Part shown: positions 36,140-51,100 of the stretch, in pieces
How positions within the stretch are numbered: the first letter of the stretch is position 1
How the letters are laid out: each line of letters starts with the position of its first letter
NCBI GenBank assembly: GCA_030141605.1
Contig: JAQGDQ010000595.1
Span: forward strand, 29,425 to 93,424
Length of the DNA stretch: 64,000 nt
Source of the DNA: Tubiluchus corallicola
Lineage: Eukaryota; Animalia; Priapulida
Direction: 5' to 3'
The notes under the pieces: generated by a model
What the model was told of the DNA's origin: nothing
The model's input: the letters and a program-made list of their open reading frames with translations, nothing else
Database searches by the model: none
Position numbers and translations under genes: made by a program

Positions 36140-39100
36140 CAGTTGATTCTTACAACGTAAATGGCATTTATTTTCAGTTTAATTACTAATAAAAAAACTC
36201 TTCTCCTAAACTTACATTTTTGTCTCTTCTGTTTATTTTTACCTGTTTTGAGTTACTGGGACTACTCGTTGAATTTCATATTTATTTATTAAGTACACGT
36301 TAACAACATGATAACATGTATTAAGTACATGATAAAAACAGAAGTATCAAAATGAAAACATAATGTGTGGTACTTCCATATTTGCCAACGGGATGTCTTG
36401 TAGCTCTCATAACACAATAACTAGCCACTCTTAGGGGGCTACTGCAAGAAATATCCATTTTTTTTAAATATACCTATTAATCATTCTTGCATATTAAAGT
36501 ACATCAGTTTCAAATAAACATTAGGTTTATTTGACATAAAATTTAATTTTGCAGGGAACAGGTCGTTCTCCAGCAACAACACCAAGTGAAAATGAATATA
36601 GAACACTGGCTAATGACTTTGTCGTGCAGAAACCTACTGAAAAAGTAAGTGTGTGATTTGTGTTAATGGGATTGCTCCAGGATAACTGAAGAATACAACT
36701 TTTTAAAAAAAATACAACAGTTTTTACATGTTTACTATTCTATTCCTAAAAATAAAAATATGCTTGCTTGCCTGTTTGAATATATTTGCTATGTTTATGA
36801 TTAAATTTGCTTTTTTTGTTTGCTTTTCATTCAATAGCTGCTTTTATAAATTGACTGCATTTCTTGCTTTTTGTGTTAATTTGTCACATTATGATTACTG
36901 ATTGCTTTTGTTCATTTATTACATTTAAGACTTACTGCACAAATTTTCTTCCTTTTGTTTTTTTTTTGTTATGCATTCATTATTTAACTACATTTTCATT
37001 CATTTGCTGCATTTTAGTTCACTCACTGCATTTATGATTTAACCAGATTGCTTGTTTTTTTGTTGTTGCATTCATGTCTTAACTACATCTTGTTTATTTG
37101 TCGTTTTAATATTTAACTGCATTATTTGCTTGCTTTTTTCCATTGGTATAATTATAATATAACTGTTTTGCATTTTGTTTATTTGCTACACTTAAGACCT
37201 AACTACATATTATTCACTTAACGATGTCGTCTGCCTGCCGTGCTTTATACTATTCCTAAGTTATATAGGGGTGGCTGACTCGATGACCTCCTGGTCTTTC
37301 GCCACCCATCTCTATATACTTTACATAATTTGTTGTATTTGCGCTATAAATATTATATTAGAGATAAATAAACCTTTGAATTGAATTGAATTGAAAAAGT
37401 TTTGTGTGTAGATCAGATAAGTTTGATAACATTGATAGAATAAAATGCTTACGATGTTTCAGTTCCTTTATCAACTAACATATCTGTAATTTTAAATTAT
37501 AATTGTACATTAATTTACAGTTTCTGTACATAGTAATGTTCGTCAGTTACAACGCTTATTTACAAGTGAGGCTGATGTACATTAAGATATTACGTTTGCA
37601 AATTTGTTTTTGTAAAATATGTAACCAGTTTAAAAACGTTAAAGTGATAAAGTAAAAGTTTAGCAATTTTGATTTTATCTGGTAATTTTGATATAATTAA
37701 GAAACTGTAAAATTCAACTAAAATGTATGGAAATAATTTTTAACTTTCTTAAACTTAAATCAATATATCTTAAAAGAAATTTGTTTTAGTCAGTACCGGA
37801 TTTTGATGTATATTAATGATGGTGGCAGTTTAGGTTGACCCAAATGTCTACAAAAGTTATTTAAAGTTAAAAATTATTTCCATATGTCTTTGCCTTATAC
37901 ATCCAGAGAATTACAATAGAAAGAGGAACAAACCCCTAAAATGCCAGGAAGTCTACAGAGTTTATTTCTCAAATGGAAACTAATAGTGTTAATAGACAGA
38001 TTATTAGTAGAGCAGACAGATGAGTTGAAGATTATTGTCCGCAAACCTGTTTCTATTTTAATTACAGGTGTCAAGCAGCATCAGTGAATTCCCAGTAAAT
38101 GACCCACATGCAGACCAAGAAGTAATTGAATCTATTGAGGAGGTTTATTATAGGAATGATTCATTTGATCCAAGTGATCATGAACTTGAGGTTTGCAATT
38201 TTAGACATTTGTTAATATTCTACAATACATAATTATCACAACATAATGAAATGCACTGGGTGCCATTTGTTGGACTCACTGTTAATGGAATCAGTCGCTT
38301 AATTGCTTCAAAAATGTCTGGTGTGGGCTGGTTCGATTCAGATGTATATAAAAACTGTCGGTAAATATTTCTGCATCTGCATAATTGACTCAATACTTTT
38401 GCTTTCAAGTACCTAAAATAAGATACTCTTGTGTGATCTAAGAGCTTTTTCTACTTTTGTGTTTTTTTCTTTGCCTTTGTGCACTATCATGCTCGAGCTG
38501 ATACTTTTATCATGTGCTTATGCGCTAGTGTAGCACCAGGGATGAGAATTTTCCGCGGATAACCGGAATTCCAAGTTTTTGGAAGACCAGTAGTGCCATT
38601 TTCGTAAATCGCGTAAATTTGTTGAGAAAAGTTTTACGGACCCAGTACATTATTTCACAAGCTGACCGCTAGTTGGCAGGCCGTCACTTTGTTTATATCA
38701 CGTACATCAGTGTAACCTCGTGTACATCTCTATGTATGAAAATATAGTTTCAATTGTGCGGAGTTATTTGAGTCAATTGCAGACAGTTTTTATATACTTT
38801 TGCATAGGAGCGGCCAGTACTTAGGCGTTTTTGAGATAATTAGGTATCATGTATCCTTGACAGTTGGGTATTTTAAATTTTGCATGAAACAAGGTAACTG
38901 ATATTTTCAGTCCACTTAGAGGCTCTCTATGGTCACAAAATAGCAATTTGTTGCTGCCTCCAAGGGGCCTTTGCCCCTCAACCCCATTGGGGACCTAGGA
39001 GGCCCCAAAACCCCTGGCCTGTTTCAGAGTTTTTTGCAATTTATCATTCTCATCCCTGGACTCATCACTCTTGGCAATTTGAATCTGTCACCAGCTCGCC

Positions 39101-42100
39101 CACTGCTGTTAAGCTCATTGCCCAAGAAGTTATGGAAGCCAGACTTTTAATCACATGCCCAGCGGTTTGTTTTTGAAGCTCTTGGTACTTTTGATAGAAC
39201 AATTAATCAGATGAACCGTAAAAATCATAACATTCACTGCTCTCACAACCTTTGCAATATCTACATAGCTAAAGAGTGATTACTCATACAATAGTAGTAT
39301 TATGTTCATTGCTAATAGATTCAAATTCTTCCATCTGAAAGTAAGTCTATTAAGCTACGCCTATTGTGGTTTTCTTGGCAGGACCTACAGTAGTTAAATT
39401 TCTACGCTGGTAAAGCTATTATCTACGTTAATAATTTTTTACTAATAATCTTAAAAGTTGGTATTGTGGTTTGAAAAATTCCGGGTGGTGTTGGCAAAAA
39501 AGGTTTGCATACGACTTACTGCTTGCAGCATTAAGCATTACGTTTCTCTTAGAAAATATTTTCAATCTTACTAATTACAGAAATTACCAGAAGAGCTTGA
39601 TTTACAAAAAATAAATTCAGATCGGACAAGGCTACGACGTCAACTTCAAGTGGTAAGTGTTGTAATGTACAAAAATTTTAAATTTAACAAACACTCTGTT
39701 TAGTAAACCCTGCCTTTGAATGCCGGACTCCGGCCCGCACTGTACCGAAATATTAGCTAAATTAGCTTGTGGTTCCGCTGTTCAAAGATGTGGTACTTGG
39801 TAAACTTTGGCCCATTTGTCTGTTGTTTTCCAACTGTAATCATAAGTTTTTTTCGGATCCGTTTTCACTTTTCAAATTTGAAATTAATTGTGCAGTTCAT
39901 TAAGTAAAATTACAGTAAAAAGTACGAATTCTAAAAATAAGTAATATCATTGCTTCGTGTATTTTTCTTATTGTCATATTTATTGAAAAATTTGTACAAA
40001 TTTACATTGTCTGACTAGACACTATCAGAATAGCGATCCTGTATACAAAATATATCTTGCCCTCAGTTTTAACATTCTCTTAGGTACAAATTAAACGTCC
40101 ATGTTTACAGTCTAAAAACAGGTAAAAAATGAAAACGGTGATTCTGTATAAAACACCTAACAGATATTTTGTTTAGCGTCTAAAATTTTCTGTGCAATTG
40201 CAATAGCTAGGTTCACAAAAAGTTTGCTAATTGGGGTTCGGGTACTGCTCACATGCTATTTTGTTATGCTGAATAACATAATTGTTAGTTTAAACACAAT
40301 TTATTACAGGATTGGATCAGACAGTTTGAACAACATGATTTAGGATCCTCAGCATAACAGACTTTAAACACTATTTACAAGAACATTTACAGTAAGAATT
40401 GACTATAACTACACAAGCTGACAAGTTTTACTACAAGATTACATTAGACATTAGTAGAAAATGACGGTTAGAAATTATTAATGTACGATTATTTAAGACT
40501 GATGCATTTTATATCAGATAGAAACTACTGGAAGCGTTTAGTACGTAATATAAAGTCATGTATGCATTGGAATATTTTACAGTTAGCAACATAGTTAAAT
40601 TCATCTTTTCCGAATAATAACAACTTCAACAGATCATTATTTCCTAAGGCAGCTATGTTAAGGTTTTCGGGCAGAAGTATTTCATTTAATTTATCAAACA
40701 TAATTGTTACTGGAAAGTGAATATAACTGAGCTGATGTGGCATGTAGTCATGATATCACAGTATTGAATTTCTGCGTTTAAATGTTTTTGTTGTTAAAAC
40801 TCATTATGTAACAATGCTGCATTATGTAGCAAATCGTAAAATTCTTCATTATGTACCATTCATTATGTAACAATGTTTGTGTCGTCATGTAACAAAGTTG
40901 AAGCCTTATGTAGCAGACCTAGTAGTTTGGTCGTAGTCTGTGGGGGGAGGGGAGAGGGTCTTCGGTGTGATCTAATTATTTGACTGGATCAGTTTCTTTC
41001 TGTTCTAGGCACAGGTCACTTTCCTGTTTTATCTTGCATCAATGTAATGATTGTTACGTAATGACATAATGTTTGTTGCATAATGATGTAAACTTTGTTA
41101 CATAATGGCAAATTTTGTGATTCGTTTTTCACATAAGCATATTTTTTGTTATATTATAAAGCCTCGTGATTTGTCACAGAGCTTTTTTGTCGCATAATGC
41201 TGCGTGTTACATAATGAGTCTTTTGCTATGTAACGAGCCATAACGTTTGTTTTCCACTGATTATCCAGCTGAAGTTTTGCCATGTTTATTGCTGTGTCGT
41301 AAATGGACGCAGGTGTACTTTGTAACTTTTATAACAACTTGCAGTGTGCTAAAGCGCCTTCGTGAAGTTACTCACATGAATTATAGTGTTGTCGTATAAA
41401 ATTTGCAGTGTTCGTAAGCAAATAACTTTCTTCCAGCAACGTTGTCCTTAAAATCAGATTTTATAGTGTATACAAAATAGAGAAAATTACTGTATGTTAC
41501 TTGCAATTGTAACTTTTATGTCCTGTACTCCACAGTAATGTTTTGTTTGTTTTTTTTTGTTAAAACAAAACCAGTCAGACCCAATCTTAAACTGTAGGTG
41601 AAAACTATCTATTTTTTTAAATTATCGGAAGGAAACGTACTATTTTTTTCAAAAATGACTTATGTGAAAGAATTATTCACTTTCGCACCACTAGTTCTGC
41701 ACTGTTACTTGCATTTCGCTGGCTAGATGGGCACTAGCACCTGCATTTCGGAAACACATTGCATAAAAAACAGGCGCTGTACCTATCTGTTCAGATGTGT
41801 TTGTGACGATCTATACACGTTCGATAGCTAATGCGGGAACACAGCGGTAAATTTAAAACATGAATTTTTATCTTAAAACTTGCCTAGTTTTAGTACAACA
41901 CACTGAATATCTTACAGTAGCACCGTACTTCCATTTTCGCTTTCGCAAACACATGCAACACGCTCATGGGATATTTTGCTGTTGAAAATTACGACAATAG
42001 TTGGGCTCGCCCACTGTTAATTAAGATATTAGTCTATTATTTAATTATCAGAAACGCCTTTGCAGTATTTTAATAAAATTGTGTTAAAATGTATACTTTT

Positions 42101-45100
42101 TATTGGACTTGAAAATGGGGTAGTATAACTTGTCTTTCTGTCTTTCTTTAAATATAATTAGCTTTTAAATGAGAAGAAATTTTTTTACCCGTTTTTGAGT
42201 AGCCATTGGCTATCTGATATACTGGGATCTTGTATCGAATAATAATCCCATGATTTTATAAATGCTAAGTTTTTGCTTGTGTCGATTTGTGTAGCATTAA
42301 CCGTGCCATTTTATAACATATACAGGTTTCTAAGAAGGTTTCTTCGCTGATCCTGAATAATCATTCATCGTATGAGACAGAATTACGTCGTGTTATGGAT
42401 TTACAGGCCGGTCTTCGTGGTGGCTATGCCATCTGTCAACAAGCTCGTCAGTGAGTGTTATTCTATTGTAAGCCTGTTAAATTGTAACAAATAAATGGGC
42501 AGTTTTTAGCTTTTGTTAGCAGATTTTTAAACAACTAAAAATATGCTAATGTCAATGAAGTAGCAACTAAACATTGAGTAAACTGGCAACTAAACATACT
42601 GTAAACTGGCAACTAAACATACTGTGAACTGGCAACTAAACATACTGTAAACTGGCAACTAAACATACTGTAAACTGGCAACTAAACATACTGTAAACTG
42701 GCAACTAAACATACTGTGAATTAGCAACTAAACATACTGTGAATTAGCAACTAAATATACTGTAAACTATCAACTAACTAGTAATTTACATACTGTAAAC
42801 TAGCAACTAAACATACCGTTAACTAGCAGCTAAACATATTGCAAACTAGCAGCTAAAAATATTGCAAACTAGCAACTAAACATATTGTAAACTAGCAACT
42901 AAACATATTGTAAACTAGCAACTAAACATATAGTAAACTAGCAACTAAACATACCGTTAACTAGCAGCTAAACATATTGTAAACTAGCAACTAAACGTAC
43001 TGTAAACTATAACGAATAAACATACTGTAAACTAGTAACTAAACATATTGTAAACTAGTAACTAAACGTATTGCAAAATAGCAATTAAACATACTGTAAA
43101 CTAACAACTAAACATATTGTAAAGTAGTAGCTAAACATATTGTAAACTAGCAACTAAACATATTGTAAACTACCAACCAAACATATTGTAAACTAGCAGC
43201 TAAACAAACTATAAACTAGCAACTAAGCGTATTGTAAATTAGCATCTAAACAAACTGTAAACTAGCAACTAAACATATTGTAAACTAGCATCTAAACAAA
43301 CTGTAAACTAGCAACTAAGCATATTGTAAATTAGCATCTAAACAAACTGTAAACTAGCAACTAAGCATATTGTAAACTAGCAGCTAAACAAACTGTAAAC
43401 TAGCAACTAAGCATATTGTAAACTAACAACTAAACATATTGTAAACTAGTAACTAAACATATTGCAAAATAACAATTAAACATACTGTAAACTGGCAACT
43501 AAACATATTGTAGAGTAGTAGCTAAACAAACTGTAAACTAGCAGCTAAACATACTGTAAACTAGCAACCAAACATATTGTAATCTAGCAGCTAAACATAT
43601 TGTAAACTAGCAACTAAACATACTGTAAACTAGCAACTAAACATATTGCAAATTAGCAACTAAACATATTGTAAACTAGCAACTAAACATATTGTAAACT
43701 AGCAACTAAACATACAGTAAACTAGCAACTAAACATACCGTTAACTAGCAGCTAAACATATTGTAAACTAGCAACTAAACGTACTGTAAACTATAACGAA
43801 TAAACATACTGTAAACTAGTAACTAAACATATTGTAAACTAGTAACTAAACATACTGTAAACTAGCAACTAAACGTATTGTAAACTAGCAACTAAACATA
43901 CTGTAAACTAGCAACTAAACATACTGTAAACTAGCAACTAAACATATTGTAAACTAGCAACTAAACATATTGTAAACTAGCAACTAAACATATTGTAAAC
44001 TAGCAACTAAGCGTATTGTAAATTAGCATCTAAACAAACTGTAAACTAGCAACTAAACATATTGTAAACTAGCAACTAAACATATTGTAAACTAGCAACT
44101 AAACGTATTGTAAACTAGCAACTAAACATACTGTAAACTAGCAACTAAGCGTATTGTAAATTAGCATCTAAACAAACTGTAAACTAGCAACTAAACATAT
44201 TGTAAAGTAGCAACTAAACATATTGTAAACTAGCAACTAAACGTATTGTAAACTAGCAACTAAGCATATTGTAAATTAGCATCTAAACAAACTGTAAACT
44301 AGCAACTAAACATATTGTAAAGTAGCAACTAAACATATTGTAAACTAGCAACTAAACGTATTGTAAACTAGCAACTAAACATACTGTAAACTAGCAACCA
44401 AACATATTGTAATCTAGCAACTAAACATATTGTAAAGTAGCAACTAAACATATTGTAAACTAGCAACTAAACGTATTGTAAACTAGCAACTAAACATACT
44501 GTAAACTAGCAACCAAACATATTGTAAACTAGCAACTAAACATATTGTAAAGTAGCAACTAAACATATTGTAAACTAGCAACTAAACGTATTGTAAACTA
44601 GCAACTAAACATACTGTAAACTAGCAACCAAACATATTGTAATCTAGCAACTAAACATATTGTAAAGTAGCAACTAAACATATTGTAAACTAGCAACTGA
44701 ACGTATTGTAAACTAGCAACTAAACATACTGTAAACTAGCAACCAAACATATTGTAAACTAACAACTAAACATACTGTAAACTAGCAACCAAACATATTG
44801 CAAACTAGCAACTAAACACACTATATTTGTTTATGGTGACTAGAAAAGGAGCTTTTGTCATAAAATTATTTTATGCTAAAAAACTAAAGATTACTTTAGG
44901 TCTTGGGATACATGTTACACATCTGGAAGGAAGAAAATAAATTTGGCATAAAAATGTTTGAGAAAGTATCAGAAGAATTACTGGCTTCCTAATATTTTTC
45001 AGTACTGTCAGTTAACCTGTGATTTTCTTTTGCTAGAAACCTCGATCGTGCCAAGTGTAATTTCACCACTGCTAGTCTTCGAATTTTGGCCAATTATAGA

Positions 45101-48100
45101 AAGAGACAACAACTTGTTGCATTAATGAGATGTTTGCATACAATTAAAACACTGGTAAGTAATGACATAGTATGATGTTTTACTGGGAATGTCTACTCTA
45201 AGCTATTTTATCGATTTCGCATCAGAAATCGCGTGTTTTTCATTGATTTGTAAGTTTTATGGTTCACCTGCCAGGTTAGGCAAATGGTTCCTTTCTTATG
45301 TTTAATGACATATTGTTCGCGATTGTTTAAAATTAAAAAGGCTGCAAAAAAGTAAGTTATCAAATTTATAATGATAGGCTTAATGCGGGTAACATACTGT
45401 TCTAAACACCCCTTTTGCACTAAATGTAAGTTTCTGTTGAAGCCAAGTTACGCATCTGGCCTGTATAAAATCTGTCTTCTCTGCTCTTTTACTGGTCCAG
45501 TTAAATTAATCCACGACAATGTAAACTGTGTTTTGTCATTATTTTTTAACCTACCGTATTTATTCGAGTATAACGTGCACCCCTAATTTTCGATTAAAAA
45601 TCGGCATAAAATTTTGTTTCACTTTTTCTCGGCTCAGACCAAGCATTGTAAGTGACAAACGTTGTTGAACACGTGCGGCCATGATAAAAATCATCTACTG
45701 ACAATGTAAAGTAAACTATGAACACAATACCGAAATATATACCATCGGATAGACCAATACATCACAGCAGATAATAAGAATTCTTGGAAATGGCACCGTC
45801 TGACAAAGTCTACTGATGACGCAAATATTATTGATTATTTCCTATGATTAGTTATACTCTGCTTGGCCTCTGCATCAGCTGGTACCGAACAAATCTGTGT
45901 AGTTTTAGGCCCTTGTTGGCAAGATACCACCAACCCTTCAGTGCATTAACAACGGTAGGCTTATCTTGCGACCTAATGGGTTCTTTCGTGACTTTATCCG
46001 AGCAGAACTATCTGCATGCTTTTAATGTAATTAACATTAAAAGCAAATCATAAAGCTGAAATCGATGCGTTTCAAAGGCGAAATTACAGAAACATTTTGG
46101 GTATCAGATGGCCAAAGAAAATTTCAAACAAAGATCTATATGAAAAAATAAAAGAAGAACCTTGGACAAGAAAAATAAAAAGACGCCGTTTAAGATGGAT
46201 TGGGCATATGCTTAGACTACCTGATGATATTCCAGTGATGATAGCTCTTCAACAAGCCATAGAACCAGCTAAAAAAACCTGCAGGAGGACAAATGTTAAC
46301 ATATTTAGATTTTGCACAGAAAGATTTAAACACTTCAGCATTGATCCTTAGAAATAAATGTACTTGGGGCATTGAAGCGTGTAGGGAGTCCTGGCATAGG
46401 GAGGTGAGCAGAATCATGTCACTGGACGTGTGATTCATTGGATGATGATGATGTTCATTAGGCTTATCTTGCGAACTAATGGATTCTTTCGTGACTTTAT
46501 CCAAGCAGAACTATCTGCATGGTGCTTTTGTGGAAATATAAATAGGCTACATCGATTGAATTGTTGGAGTAACGTATTTGTAGTTGTAATATATACAAGT
46601 ATAATACCACGTGTGCAGGGATGAGAATTTTCCGTGGATACGCGGAATTCCGAGTTTTTGGAAGACCAGTAGTTTTTGTAAATCGCGTGAATTCGTTGAG
46701 AAAATTTTTACGGACCCAGTACATTATTTCACAAGCTGACCGATAGGTGGCAGGCCGTCACTTTGTTTACATCACGTACATCAGTGTAACCGCGTGTATA
46801 TCCTTATGTATAAAAATATAGAATCATTTGTGCGGAGTTATTTGAGTCAATTTCAGAAAGTTTTTACATACTTTTGCATAGGAGCGGCCAGTACTTAGGC
46901 GTTTTTGAGACAATTAGGTATCATGTATCCTTGATAGTAGGGTATTTTAAATTATGCATGAAACAAGGTAATTGATATTTTAAGTCCACTTAGAAGCTCT
47001 CTATGGTCACAAAATTGCTATTTGTTGCTTCGCCCCCTTGAACCCCCATGGGGACTTTGCCCCTCAACCCCATTAGGGGCCTAGGCGGCCCCAAAAACCC
47101 CGGCCTGTTTCAGAGTTTTTTGCAATTTGTCATTCTCATCCGTGCGTGTGTCTCTCTCGCACAGTCTGCTAAAATGTTTTTGGCTAATTTAATATTTTTT
47201 GTAGCAAAGGACGGATGTCAGACTTAGTGAGATGCTGGAGGAGGAAGACTATCCCGGTGCTATTCAGCTATGCCTCGAGTGCCAAAAAGCTGCAGCAACT
47301 CTCAGACATTACAGATGCATCAGGTACCACAAATTATGCAAAAGACTATTTTAAATACGTAATGAAAAATGATACAAACCAAAAATTTGTAATAAGAGCA
47401 CGTTTTTTAGCTCGTTGTCTCGAGTTAATGTTCAACCTTATTTGTTCTCTGCAAATTTGGAACAGAAGCGTAAACTTAGGTACCATTGCCTTTGGCTGTT
47501 GAACTACAAACCTGGATTAATTTTAACTCAATTTGTTTTGAAACGACAAAGTGTCCAGGTTTCTATGTTTTAAATTTATGATACGCACAACTGGAAATTT
47601 TTTGAGTTAAGAATTCTGCAGAAATTGATTACAGGAGCTTTTTGTCAGTCATTACATGTTACATAGATTTCAATAGATTGTCATTGTAGGCACAAAATGT
47701 TGATATTTGAAATTTTTGGCTTAAGCAAAATTTGTTGAAACTCTTTGAGTGTTTGTTTGTACAGGAAATTGATTAGAGGGGCAATTTTGGCACTCACTCT
47801 GTACCTGAACTAGACTTTGGCACTATTTTAGTGCCACTACTCTTACCAGTTAAGATTACTATAGTATATTTTAGGGTGCGGTTTCACGAAGCCGTCCCTA
47901 ACTTAACGACATCGTTGTTAATAGTTAAGTGAATGTAATAACGGCGTTTTTAACTCGGTGCCAGCTTGGTGAAACCAGTCCCAAGCTCTGCTATCATGTA
48001 ACTTCTCTGTTATTATTCCAGCTTGTTGTGTATTAAAAAAATCATTCACTATGAGGCTTTCATGTGACTCAAATAACGATCCCTGTAGTATTTAAACTAC

Positions 48101-51100
48101 CATATTTTTCACTCCAAAGTGACAACCGAAATATATATTTTTATAATAAAACTAATTAAAAAATTACCATGCATTTCAGTGAGCTGAGTTCTAAACTGCA
48201 GGATACATTGGAACAGATTGAAGAGCAGCTGGATGTTGCTTTGTCTAAAACTTGCCAAGGTTTTGACTATGATTACTATACAAAAGTACAAGCTGCTTAC
48301 AGATTGCTTGGTAAAACTCAGGTGAGTACATTGCTTCAGATTTCTTGGTAAAACTCAGGTGAGTACGTTGCTTCAGATTTCTTGGTAAAACTCAGGTGAG
48401 CAGTTTCGTTGAAGTTTAGGCAGTGGTTAAACAATAAGCACTGCATAATCAAAGCCAAGTACTGGGGCAGCACTGGGACAGTTTCATCTATGTATTTAGT
48501 CTGGTTGCTACAGCAACAGCTTGTAGGCAAAATTCCTTTCATAAAATTTGCACCCAGGTATCGTTAAATCGAAGATGTGTAAATTGCAGATAGATATCAC
48601 TTGATACAAATTGCAGATAGTGATCACTTGATCACTAACGATTGAGCAGAACTGAACAAAAGAAATTGCTACAGTAAGAAATAGCTAAGTGTTTGAAAAT
48701 AAAGTTAAAGGACCAGGGATGAGAATTTTCCGCGGATACGCAGAATTCCGAGTTTTTCGAAGACCAGTAGTGCCATTTTTGTAAATCTCGTAAATTCGTT
48801 GAGAAAATGTTTACGGACCCAGTACATTATTTCACAAGTTGACCGCTAGGTGGCCGGCCCTCACTTTGTTTACATCACGTACATCAATGTAACCACGTGT
48901 ATATCTCTATGTACAAAAATATAGAATCAATTGTGCGGAGTTATTTGAGTCAATTGCAGACAGTTTTTATATACTTTTGCATAGCAGCGGCCAGTACTTA
49001 GGCGTTTTTGAGACAATTAGGTATCATGTATCCTTGATAGTTGGGTATTTTAAATTATGCATGAAACAAGGTAACTGATATTTTAAGTCCACTTAGAGGC
49101 TCTCTATGGTCACAAAATTGCAATTTGTTGCTGCCTACGCGGCCCCAACCCCCCCGGCCTGTTTCAAAGTTTTTTGCAATTTGTCATTCTCATCCCTGAA
49201 GGACTAAATTGAAGTGCTTTGTACATTAAGAGAAGGCTTATTAGGGTACATAGATAAACACTTGGCATGATTTCAACTATGTAAAGTAAAAGTTTTTAAT
49301 AAAGTTGTGTTGTTTTAACTATAAATGTTCTTAAGTGTCTGTAATATAAGAAAATACCATGAAAGTTATGTTTAGTTTTATTTATTAGACAGCAATGGAT
49401 CAGCTGCATATGCACTATGCCAGTGTGATTCACAATTCTGCATTTACGATAGTTCTGGGCTACGTCGAGTTGTGTTCCAGTGATACCGAAGCCAATTTCC
49501 AAAAACGACAATACGCTGATCTATGCAAGGTAATTGTTTGATTTATCCATATTCGGCAAGTAAATGTAACTACATCAAAGTGGAATTTATTGCCAACTGA
49601 TTTTGAACAAATCTGTTCATTTTCAAGGCATCTAAAACAAAGAAATTTAGTAGAATTTTGAAACAACATCGAAGTACAATTCAGTAGTTAGATAGCAAAA
49701 AGATATATGAGATTACATTATATCAGGGGTGTGCAAATTATCTGACTAGCCGGGCCACATTAAACTTTCCCGAAATTCCTGTGGGCCACAGGCAGTTTGA
49801 TCAAGAAGCCAAGTACAGTAGGACCTAATAACGATTTTTTGCATCCGACCTGCGTACATCATTACTACTACACACAAGAAACTATTTTAGAAGTTATTAA
49901 AATTTATATTACAAACCATATATTTCTACTTTCAGGACAGATAGTGGTCATTTCATTACAATGCATATTAGTAATGTGTATCACACAATCACAATCACAT
50001 GTAGTACAGTGTTATTAAGCTACAACCGTCTTGTAAGGGTTAATGGCATCCAATCTAGTAGAAAAAACTACCCGCACTATCTTTGGGATCGTGGCATGGA
50101 CTTCAGCTGGATACACTCAATTAGTCGCCCAGGCCGCACTTTCATTAGGTTGACAAATCCCTTCGCGGGCCGCACAAATTCTCTCGGCGGGCCGCAATTT
50201 GCACACCCCTGCATTATTAGATAATATAGCAATTTACTTTACGGACTACATACCTTGATTTTTATGAAACTATGCAACACTCAACAAACAAACAAACAGA
50301 TAAACAAACAAACCCATAAAACCAAATCATATATCTTTTTGCTATTTAACTGCTGAATTGTATTTCGATGTTGTTTCTAAATTCTGGTAAATTTCTTTGT
50401 TTGTTTGTTTATATTATTTGTAATATGATTCGAAAACATACTCGGTTGTGGTTTCTATGTTCTTATCATTTTAGTTCCTCAGGTAAGTTAAATTAAACAA
50501 TCAAGCTAGTCTATCTCAAGTACTAGTAGGAGGGATGTGGCATTATGTGCAAAAATTGCTACTTGAACTAAGAGCTAATGCATCTGCAGGACCAGATTTA
50601 ATTCAGCCAAAGATACTGGTCAAGGCTATTGGTTCACTGGTCAAGCCATTGACAATAGTTTTTAGAAAGTCTTTAGCTATTGTTTAGCTAAGTTGTCTCG
50701 CATTAGTCCGATACATAAAAAGGGCCAAAGATACAGCCAAACATACTGGTCAAGGCTGCTGATTCACTGATCAAGCCACTGACAATAGTTTTTAGAAAGT
50801 CTTTAGCTGTTGTTTAGCTAAGTTGTCTCGCATTAGTTCGATACATAAAAAGGGCCAAAGATATAGCGAAAGATACTGGTCAAGGCTGCTGATTCACTGG
50901 TTAAGCCACAGACCATAGTTTTTAGAAAGTCTTTAGCTGTTGTTTAGCTAAGTTGTCTCGCATTGGTCAGATATATAAAAGGAGCCAAAGATACAGCCAA
51001 AGATACTGGTCAAGGCTGCTGATACACTGGTCAAGCCACTGACAATAGTTTTTAGAAAGTCTTTAGCTGTTGTTTAGCTAAGTTGTCTCGCATTAGTCCG

